The notes under the pieces: model-generated
Databases searched by the model: none
Told to the model about the DNA's origin: nothing
Seen by the model: only the letters and a program-made list of their open reading frames with translations
In this document: one piece after another, positions 56,807 to 64,000 of the stretch
Numbering within the stretch: position 1 is the first letter of the stretch
Layout: each line of letters starts with the position of its first letter
Position numbers and translations under genes: made by a program
Origin: an uncultured Candidatus Sumerlaeota bacterium
GTDB lineage: Bacteria > CAYMEV01
NCBI GenBank assembly: GCA_964389675.1
Contig: CAYMEV010000011.1
Span: 1 to 64,000 of the forward strand
Direction of reading: 5' to 3'
Length of the DNA stretch: 64,000 nt

Positions 56807-58453
56807 ATGTCTGTTGCTGGTCTGATAAATGAGATTGAAGAAAATTTCCGCTTCCTGATGATCGAAGTGAGCAAACAGCTTGAAGATGCAAGGGAATCCC
56901 TCGATCACCCGCACCACAGGATTGCTGACCGTGTTTTGCTGAGGGATGACCATATCGATAACCTGAAGAGCATTATTGAAAAAAAGGTATACCTGGCTAT
57001 TATCTACTCAGAAACCGGCAATAAGAAGCTTATGGATTTCTCAAAATCCTTGAATGTGATTACTGCAAACCTTGAAAGGATAGGTGATTTCTGCGTAAAC
57101 ATTGTCAATCAGGTACAGTATTTCAATAATCCCGCTTCTATAAAAGATTATGATTATCAGGCTTTCTTTGATGAAATAAACTCAGCTTTTGAGATCATAA
57201 CCGAAGCAGTATTCAGAAATGATATAAGCCTGGCAATTAATATATGCCACAGCGAATACAGCCTTGACCAGCTTTACAAGAATAATTTTGAAGTGATACT
57301 CAAGAAACTGCAGGAGCAGAAAGATACACAGAACCTGCTCACTGTTCTTTTTATATTGAGATACCTGGAAAGAATAGGCGATTCTCTTCTGAATATCGGG
57401 GAAGCAGTAATAAGCTCAATCATTGGGGAAAAACTGAAAATACACCAGATCCATGCTCTCGGTGAATCTCTGGAATCCACTGAATATGATTACCCTGACC
57501 CGGACTTCAGCTTTGAATCCATTGGTGAAACAAAATCAGGCTGTAAGATTGGTATTGTCCAGCTTTCAGACAGGAACGGAGAGACCCATGAAATAATATT
57601 TAAAGAGGGAAAGAGGTATAAGATAGAAAAAGAATACCATAATCTCCATAAATGGAATAAAATCTCTCCAGGAACACCACCAGGTGTTCATGGTTTCCAT
57701 GTCCACAGCCTGAATGCCTCTCTTCTGCTGGAAAAGCTTGAAGGACTGACATTCCAGGAACTTATACTGGAGGAGGATATGTCCTATGCCAGGTCAGCCT
57801 CTGATATTCTTATAAAGCACGTGAGGAATATGTGGCAGAAGACAAAAAGGTCAGGATCCAGGCAATCAAGCCTGTTTTCTCAGGTTACAAAAAGAATTGA
57901 TGACGTACTGAAAGTCCACCCCGGATTCAACAATCCCGAAAGGATTATCGGAAACATCAGAGAGCCTTCTTTCAAGGAACTGATGAGTTTTGCAATAAAC
58001 ATAGAAAAAAAGGTTGCCCTGCCCTTCACTACATTCATACACGGAGATTTTAACGTTGATAATATAATATGTGATATGGAGAAGGGGAAAATACACTATA
58101 TCGACCTGTACAGGTCAAAATACAGCGATTATGTCCAGGATGCCTCAGTTTTTATCGTATCCAATTACAGGATCCCTCATTTCGGAAAGGATGTAAGAGA
58201 CAGGATTGACTGCATGATCAGTAATTTCTACAGGTTCTCCAGGGATTATGCATCTGAAAATAATGATAAATCTTTTGATTTCCGCTTTTCTCTCGGCATA
58301 ATAAGGTCTTTTCTGACCTCAACAAGGTTCCACCTGGATGATGAATTTGCAAAATCAATGTATTACAGGGCTATTTATCTTCTCCTGAAGATATATCATT
58401 ATACCGGAAGGATAGAGGACTTCAGGTTCCCCGAAGACATCATCTATTATTAA
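56807..58453 (+). CDS. PhoU domain fused to an APH-like phosphotransferase
   Basis: RDDHIDNLK, NLERIGD, YLERIGD PhoU repeats; TKSGCKI, IFKEG, FIHGDFNVDNII, IHYID. Confidence 0.85.
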   Translation: MSVAGLINEIEENFRFLMIEVSKQLEDARESLDHPHHRIADRVLLRDDHIDNLKSIIEKKVYLAIIYSETGNKKLMDFSKSLNVITANLERIGDFCVNIVNQVQYFNNPASIKDYDYQAFFDEINSAFEIITEAVFRNDISLAINICHSEYSLDQLYKNNFEVILKKLQEQKDTQNLLTVLFILRYLERIGDSLLNIGEAVISSIIGEKLKIHQIHALGESLESTEYDYPDPDFSFESIGETKSGCKIGIVQLSDRNGETHEIIFKEGKRYKIEKEYHNLHKWNKISPGTPPGVHGFHVHSLNASLLLEKLEGLTFQELILEEDMSYARSASDILIKHVRNMWQKTKRSGSRQSSLFSQVTKRIDDVLKVHPGFNNPERIIGNIREPSFKELMSFAINIEKKVALPFTTFIHGDFNVDNIICDMEKGKIHYIDLYRSKYSDYVQDASVFIVSNYRIPHFGKDVRDRIDCMISNFYRFSRDYASENNDKSFDFRFSLGIIRSFLTSTRFHLDDEFAKSMYYRAIYLLLKIYHYTGRIEDFRFPEDIIYY

Positions 58454-58468
58454 AAAAGGAATGCAGGA

Positions 58469-59341
58469 ATGTATATAGGAGTAATAGGAATACCTGACGG
58501 GTGGTCTACAAAGGTTCTTGTAAGCGCACTTGAGAGCAGGAATATAAGAAGCACCCTGATAGACATGAATGAGACAGTGTGGGACATCAGCAATGACAGA
58601 TTCTGTTTCAATAAGATCAATATAATGGGCCTTGATGCTGTAATCATTAAAAAACTGGGTTCTGAGTACAATCCTCATTTTCTTGATAAGTTGTCAATCC
58701 TTGAATACTTCAGTTCACTCGGGCTCAGATTTTTTTCCAGACCAGAAAATATTAAAACTGCAGTAAACAGATTGACCTGTACATCCCGGCTTAAAAGAGA
58801 CAGCATACCAATCCCTCCCACTACAATTACCGAGAACCTCGATGAAGCAGAGAAAGCAGTGCAAAGATACCATAAGGCCGTAATAAAGCCTCTCTTCACC
58901 TCAAAAGCAAAAGGAATGATGCTTGTAGAATATGATTCACTTACAAGGGATAAATTAGCCAGTTTTAAGAAAAAAGACAACCCTGTCCTGTATATACAGA
59001 AAATGGTAGAGATTCCGGGAAGGGACCTGGGCATAGTATTTATGGGAGGAAAATACCTTGCCACATATTCAAGGGTTATGCAGACAGATTCCTGGAATAC
59101 GACAATAAGGACCGGAGGAAAATATGAGCCTTTCCAGCCTTCAAAACATATAATTGACATCGCAGAAAGGGCACAGCAGATTTTCGGCCTTGATTTTACA
59201 TGTGTAGATATAGCTGAAACACCGGATGGCCCGGTCGTATTTGAGGTATCTCCATTCGGGGGTTTTAGAGGACTGAAGGAAGCAAATAATATCGATGCTG
59301 CATCCCTTTATGCAGATTTTATTATTGCAAGACTGGGTTAA
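58469..59341 (+). CDS. RimK-like ATP-grasp enzyme, GAK-system type
   Basis: IGVIGIPDGWST, IIKKLG, KPLFTSKAKGM, YIQK, RDLG, WNTTI, FEVSPFGGFRGL. Confidence 0.85.
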   Translation: MYIGVIGIPDGWSTKVLVSALESRNIRSTLIDMNETVWDISNDRFCFNKINIMGLDAVIIKKLGSEYNPHFLDKLSILEYFSSLGLRFFSRPENIKTAVNRLTCTSRLKRDSIPIPPTTITENLDEAEKAVQRYHKAVIKPLFTSKAKGMMLVEYDSLTRDKLASFKKKDNPVLYIQKMVEIPGRDLGIVFMGGKYLATYSRVMQTDSWNTTIRTGGKYEPFQPSKHIIDIAERAQQIFGLDFTCVDIAETPDGPVVFEVSPFGGFRGLKEANNIDAASLYADFIIARLG

Positions 59342-59790
59342 TTTCCTGTTTTTTTGTATCTGTATTCTCTGAAATTATATATAAGCTTAAATGATATATG
59401 CCTTTGCATGACAAGTTCATCAAGTAAACACCTGCTGTCTGACAGTTCCCTCAGATAAAAATAAAATAGAAACAGGGACCTTTCTGCCCAATACACATCT
59501 CCGGATATCTCCTTTTCATGTTTTTCATTCATATCCTCCTGATAACCAGGCATTATAAGCAGATGTCCAAGATAGTCCCTGAACGGTTTGCTCCGGGATT
59601 TATTCAGAGATTTAGCGAGCTTTTCACTGATGCTTCTTATTTTTTGCAGGATATTTTCCTCTTTCCTCTTAAGAATATATATCATGTTCAGGAATGAGGC
59701 AGAAAGCTTCCTGTCATCTGAAAGCATGTCTTCATAATACTTCAGCAAAGCTGATTCATGCTCTATAAGGTTTTTAAGAATTTCATCCAT
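59338..59790 (-). CDS. Hypothetical helical protein, possibly degenerate ferritin/rubrerythrin-like
   Basis: IEHESALLKYY and AERSLFLFY helix pairs without ExxH. Confidence 0.45.
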   Translation of the reverse strand: MDEILKNLIEHESALLKYYEDMLSDDRKLSASFLNMIYILKRKEENILQKIRSISEKLAKSLNKSRSKPFRDYLGHLLIMPGYQEDMNEKHEKEISGDVYWAERSLFLFYFYLRELSDSRCLLDELVMQRHISFKLIYNFREYRYKKTGN

Positions 59791-60442
59791 TCAAAAATTC
59801 CTCTGTTATGCTGAAAATTTCATCACCATAAGATCCATATCCGGGATTTCTGTGCAGAAATGCCCTCTCCCTCTTTGTTTTTGACTGATAAAAATAGGAT
59901 ACTTTCAGCCTCTTAAAAAGGCCTGTGATTATTCTTTCAGCCTTAATATGATCACTGTTTTCACATTCCACTTCATATTCAGTAATTTCATCAGGGTATC
60001 TTATGCTGTCCAGAACAATAATGATACCGCTGAATGAGAATTCCTTCCGTATGGTAGCACAGTAGGATTCAATTTTTATCCCCTTATCGGGTATATTTAT
60101 ATCATCATGGCCCAGTATTTTTAATAAATGATCAATATCATTTTCTCTGCATAAAATATCCTTCGCCTCTAAATCTGTAATTATTTTCTCATTCTCCTGA
60201 GAAATAAACAGATTATCCTTCCTTTGTATTCCCGTTTTGGAAGAAAGGATATAGAATGTGTCTCCTCCGGCCTTCTTTATCCTGAGCCTTATGGAACAGC
60301 CAAGGGCCTTGAGTATTCCGCCGGAAGTGTCAAGATAGAGATTAAGGAGCTTTTCATCACTGGAAAGGTCCTTTAAACTGGATAGAACAGAATTATAATC
60401 CCTGAAATTCTCAAGGCTGTATTTCAGCTCTATCTCCTGCAT
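59783..60442 (-). CDS. CYTH (triphosphate tunnel metalloenzyme) domain protein
   Basis: EIELKY, NLYLDT, SIRLR, YEVECE, SKTKRERA. Confidence 0.85.
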   Translation of the reverse strand: MQEIELKYSLENFRDYNSVLSSLKDLSSDEKLLNLYLDTSGGILKALGCSIRLRIKKAGGDTFYILSSKTGIQRKDNLFISQENEKIITDLEAKDILCRENDIDHLLKILGHDDINIPDKGIKIESYCATIRKEFSFSGIIIVLDSIRYPDEITEYEVECENSDHIKAERIITGLFKRLKVSYFYQSKTKRERAFLHRNPGYGSYGDEIFSITEEFLNG

Positions 60443-60447
60443 GAAGC

Positions 60448-61524
60448 TCAGTCCTTTACAAGAACTGCAAGATAGACCTTGTAAAGCACAATTTTCCTTG
60501 AATATTCATTCAGGCGCCATAGAATGTCGTCTATTTCCTCCTGAAGCGTGAAACCTTTTTCCCTGGCCAGGATTTTCAATGCTTCTATCTCATTTTCGTT
60601 TATGCTTCGAAGCTTGCTGACGCTCTTTGATGATTCTATGAAGGGTGTTGAAAGAATGACAGCCCCTCCCCTTTTCATGATCCTGGCAAGCTCAGTCATG
60701 AAAAGTTCCGGGTCGGCAACTATATCAACCATATTTAAAGCCAGTGAAAAATCAATGCTCCCCGAATCAAATGGAATATTTTCAGCCTCTGAGACAAAAA
60801 ATGATGGCTTTTTTCTATATTTAAGCGGTTTTCTTAAATCAAATGCTCCGTGTGAGAAGCATATCTCTTGCTTATCAGCTGATATGCTGGCACTGTGGAT
60901 TGCTTCGAAGGATGTATCCAGGCCGCAGGAATTCGCGGAAAAACCGGACAGAAGGAATGTATACCCGCCAAGGTTTGAGCCGATATCCAGGGATCTGCCA
61001 TAATCCTCTTTACAATATCTTTTGATAAGGGAATTCACACATTTATACAGGGTATTCTTACTGCCTGTCTCAATCTTTCCAATACTGAACATATCACTGT
61101 CCCACTCCATTCCCATATGTGATTCGTAATATGTCCTGAACCTGGACATAACACCGTCCATAAATCTGTCTTCATATCCTTTCCTGTTTGGGATCACCGG
61201 TTCATTCGGGCTTTTGATCTGTTCCAGGAATATAGAGTACAGGCTTTTTCTTATTTCTGAAGGAAAAGGCCTGCCTATATATTTCAGGTATGAATCAATA
61301 ATGGAGAAATTATTCCTTAAATAATAAAATGCTTTTGGTATCAGCACAGGGACAAAATCTATGACTGGAAATTCAGAACCGCAGGAACTGCATGCTAAAG
61401 ATCCGTACTGAACCCTGTCCCCGATCTCTATTACGGGCATACGGCCCGATGAGCTTTCTTTCAGCTCGCCTGAGCAACGGCCTTCATCTGTTTTATTGGT
61501 ACATACAAATCTGCAGCTGTCCAT
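60448..61524 (-). CDS. Class I SAM-dependent methyltransferase with Trm112-like N-terminal zinc domain
   Basis: C..C...GSLACSSCGSEFPVIDFVPVL; LDIGSNLGG; AENIPF.SGSID; RIMKRGG..ILSTP. Confidence 0.8.
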   Translation of the reverse strand: MDSCRFVCTNKTDEGRCSGELKESSSGRMPVIEIGDRVQYGSLACSSCGSEFPVIDFVPVLIPKAFYYLRNNFSIIDSYLKYIGRPFPSEIRKSLYSIFLEQIKSPNEPVIPNRKGYEDRFMDGVMSRFRTYYESHMGMEWDSDMFSIGKIETGSKNTLYKCVNSLIKRYCKEDYGRSLDIGSNLGGYTFLLSGFSANSCGLDTSFEAIHSASISADKQEICFSHGAFDLRKPLKYRKKPSFFVSEAENIPFDSGSIDFSLALNMVDIVADPELFMTELARIMKRGGAVILSTPFIESSKSVSKLRSINENEIEALKILAREKGFTLQEEIDDILWRLNEYSRKIVLYKVYLAVLVKD

Positions 61525-61533
61525 GATTAGAAC

Positions 61534-61609
61534 AATATATTTTATTAAACTGATAGTGTCAAAATATTTAAAGATTTTAATTGAAAATATCTGCCTGCAA
61601 TAATATAAT
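61534..61609. promoter_or_regulatory. Back-to-back sigma70-like promoters
   Basis: Minus: TTGACA(61562-57)-N17-TATATT; plus: TTGAAA(61581)-N17-TATAAT(61604-09). Confidence 0.6.
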
Positions 61610-61617
61610 CCCTTTCG

Positions 61618-62661
61618 ATGAATGCCCGTGCAGAAAAAATTCTAATAAAATCTACAAACTGGATAGGGGATGTCGTAATATCCCTTCCGGCTGTAAAAGC
61701 GATCAGGAAAATTTACCCGGATTCCAGCATTACCATTCTATGCAAATCCTATCTTGAGGAAATATATAAGAACCTCGGGTTTATTGATAATGTGACCTGC
61801 ATGGATAATAATTCACCAAAAGCTTTTTTCCATATGATAAAAGAGATAAGATCAGGCGGTTATGACCTCGGAATACTGCTTCAAAATGCCATTAACGGCG
61901 CATTACTCTTCTATTTCGGGAATGTGAAGAAAAGGGTGGGATATCCCACTGATGCAAGAGGGATTTTCCTCACTGACAAACCGAAAGATAAGTATGGAAA
62001 CTCCCATCAGATGCATCGGTATATGGGACTGGCAAAATACCTGGGATATCAAGGCGCAGAACCTGGCCCCTATATACCAACACCCCTGGATGATCACATT
62101 GGCGATAAGGTCTTCCTTTACCGTTTTATCTCAAAAAGGCTTGAAAGAAATATCACAGTCAGGAAACACACGATAGGAATAGCTCCGGGAGCCAAGTACG
62201 GCCCTGCAAAGATGTGGGGCGAGGGAAATTTCAGAAATCTCATTAGCCTCCTCCTTAAGATCAGGGATATAAACATTATTATGATAGGCTCAAGGGAAGA
62301 TTATCAGCTTTCAGAGAAAATCAGGGAACCATTTTCTGAAAACCCGCATGTAATTAACTCATCCGGATATTTCAGCCTGATTGAGAGCCTGTATATTATA
62401 GGCGAACTGGATCTGCTGGTATCAAATGACTCAGGAGCAATGCACATGGCGTCTGCAAGGGATACAAATATTGCAGCAATATTCGGGCCTACCGTCTTTT
62501 CCCATACATCTCCGATATCTCAGAAAGCGACGATCTTTTTCAAAAAGGTTGACTGCTGGCCGTGCAGGTTCAGGAAATGCCCCAGGAAAACCCACAAATG
62601 CATGGATCAGATAAAACCCGAAGAGGTATATGATAATATTCTTCAGAGGTTAGGGCTCTGA
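61618..62661 (+). CDS. waaF: LPS heptosyltransferase II (GT9)
   Basis: NWIGDVV, APGAKYGPAKMW, VSNDSGAMH, IFGPT, CWPC...C...HKCM. Confidence 0.9.
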   Translation: MNARAEKILIKSTNWIGDVVISLPAVKAIRKIYPDSSITILCKSYLEEIYKNLGFIDNVTCMDNNSPKAFFHMIKEIRSGGYDLGILLQNAINGALLFYFGNVKKRVGYPTDARGIFLTDKPKDKYGNSHQMHRYMGLAKYLGYQGAEPGPYIPTPLDDHIGDKVFLYRFISKRLERNITVRKHTIGIAPGAKYGPAKMWGEGNFRNLISLLLKIRDINIIMIGSREDYQLSEKIREPFSENPHVINSSGYFSLIESLYIIGELDLLVSNDSGAMHMASARDTNIAAIFGPTVFSHTSPISQKATIFFKKVDCWPCRFRKCPRKTHKCMDQIKPEEVYDNILQRLGL

Positions 62662-63132
62662 AATGGATTGTTTTCTCTCCATACCAATAAGATACTCTTT
62701 TCTCCACAAACCACAGGAAAAGCCGGTCAGATTGCCATTCTTTCCAATTACCCTGTGGCATGGGATTATTATAACATAGGGGTTTCTTTTAAGTATCTGC
62801 CCGACAGCCCTGGCAGACTCAGGCCTGTTTGCCCTTTGTGCAAGACAGCTGTAACTTATCGTATGCCCATACGGGATCCTGGAACACTCCTGCAGAACGC
62901 TTTTCTTAAAATTACTGCCTTGCAGCGCAATTTTCAGGTCAAATTTTGTTCTTTCACCCTTGAAATACTGATCCAGCTGGCTGACAGCAGCATTTATGAT
63001 CCTGTTTTTACGTTCACTGCTGATTGACTCACCATTATCGCAAAATCCTGCTTTCAAAAGATGCTTTTCATCTGCCTCCAGGACAATCAACCCGGCAGGG
63101 CATCTGTAATATCCCCTGAATATATCGGCCAT
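62650..63132 (-). CDS. ogt: Methylated-DNA-protein-cysteine methyltransferase
   Basis: IPYGHTISY, ARAVG, NP..IIIPCHRVIG. Confidence 0.93.
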   Translation of the reverse strand: MADIFRGYYRCPAGLIVLEADEKHLLKAGFCDNGESISSERKNRIINAAVSQLDQYFKGERTKFDLKIALQGSNFKKSVLQECSRIPYGHTISYSCLAQRANRPESARAVGQILKRNPYVIIIPCHRVIGKNGNLTGFSCGLWRKEYLIGMERKQSISEP

Positions 63133-63134
63133 AT

Positions 63135-63998
63135 CTACCTGAGCTTTTTATTCAGGTATTTGCCGACAGCCTTCATTGCCCTGTCAGCTGACCTGAAGAC
63201 AGCAAAACCCTTCTTCCTCAATGCAGCAACATAATCATTAAAAAGGTCCCCTGAATCAACTACAAACAGGATCGGTTTATTGCTTCTGCCGGCAAGGTCC
63301 GCTATCCTTTCCGGAAGGTTGCCTGGATCTGCTATATCGCTTCTTAGGGTCTTCATTGCTGCAGTCAGGGGAACTGCCCCGACAATTACCATATCAACTG
63401 ATTCTTCACCGTTTACATACCTGATAATATCTTCATATGCAGCGTCAGTAGCCATAGGCGTAATATCAAGGGGATTGCTGCAGTTCACAAGGGTATTGAT
63501 CTTATTTTTTTCAAGTATGCTGTAGAGCCCCTTGTTAAAAGCATTATCATTCTTGTATAAAAAGACATCTCCGCCGGATCTTAGATTGTCAGCCATTCCT
63601 ACAGCTTCGTAGCCTGCATTGGAGATACAGAAAACCATATTGCCCTTTATGGCTTTATCATGGAAAGAACCAGCAATCTGCAGGATATCTTCAAATTCAT
63701 TAAAATTGTCGCAAACCACAGCTCCGCAGTCAGATAAAATAGACTCACATACATTGTAATCGCCGGCAATAGAAGCAGTATGCCCGCTTGTAGCTGTCTT
63801 TCCCTCAGGTGACCTGCCTGCCTTATAGAATATAACATCTATATCAAGATCTCTGGCGATCTTTACACTCCTTGCAAACTCAATACCGTCAAAATCATTG
63901 AAGCCCTCTACATAGATTCCAATCACCCTTATATCGCTGTCATCCTTTACATAGGCCAGAAAATCAGTCGTTGACAGATCGATCTGGTTCCCTGTTGA
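63135..63998 (-). CDS. ADP-forming acetate/acyl-CoA ligase family, C-terminal part (runs off window)
   Basis: Frame open to the edge (STGNQIDL...IGIYVEG); KAGRS...SGHTASIAG phospho-His motif; SNAG; NPLDIT. Confidence 0.85.
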   Translation of the reverse strand, partial: STGNQIDLSTTDFLAYVKDDSDIRVIGIYVEGFNDFDGIEFARSVKIARDLDIDVIFYKAGRSPEGKTATSGHTASIAGDYNVCESILSDCGAVVCDNFNEFEDILQIAGSFHDKAIKGNMVFCISNAGYEAVGMADNLRSGGDVFLYKNDNAFNKGLYSILEKNKINTLVNCSNPLDITPMATDAAYEDIIRYVNGEESVDMVIVGAVPLTAAMKTLRSDIADPGNLPERIADLAGRSNKPILFVVDSGDLFNDYVAALRKKGFAVFRSADRAMKAVGKYLNKKLR

Positions 63999-64000
63999 AA

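Noticed and set aside
59338-59790. Functional rubrerythrin or ferritin
   Set aside because: Di-iron ExxH ligands are missing; only the helix pattern is suggestive.
1-64000. CRISPR array, rRNA/tRNA, IS or prophage
   Set aside because: No spaced identical repeats, structural RNA signatures, transposase, integrase or phage genes seen; intergenic gaps are short. A covariance-model scan was not possible, so small RNAs could be missed.

Overview
Gene-dense, AT-rich chromosomal segment of a probably anaerobic diderm bacterium (waaF, an LpxL-like acyltransferase, an outer-membrane beta-barrel, iorAB, ackA, an ADP-forming acyl-CoA ligase). About 60 CDS; I saw no rRNA, tRNA, CRISPR array, transposase or phage genes. 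Recognisable blocks: phoH-7TM/HD-ybeY-CBS; fabD; a bactofilin-PPIase-BpsA-rsgA operon; four B12-binding radical SAM genes; an SPFH pair; a Ski2/HelY helicase; ackA; iorAB; a complete phoB-phoR-porin-pstSCAB-phoU cluster with 11-bp-periodic Pho-box-like repeats; cca; PMM/PGM-pgeF-yggS; waaF; ogt. Best candidates for undescribed systems: (1) a branched-polyamine-synthase (BpsA)-like gene overlapping an RsgA GTPase fused to a DUF2156 aminoacyl-tRNA-transferase-like domain; (2) a four-gene GAK-type cassette (PHP hydrolase, amphi-Trp protein, PhoU-kinase fusion, ATP-grasp) near the Pho cluster and a CYTH gene; (3) a Get3/ArsA ATPase with an HSP20-like tail coupled to a 62-aa partner ending in an sHSP-like IxI motif; (4) two B12-radical SAM genes coupled to a lipid acyltransferase. 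All family calls are motif recognition by eye; no database searches were run.
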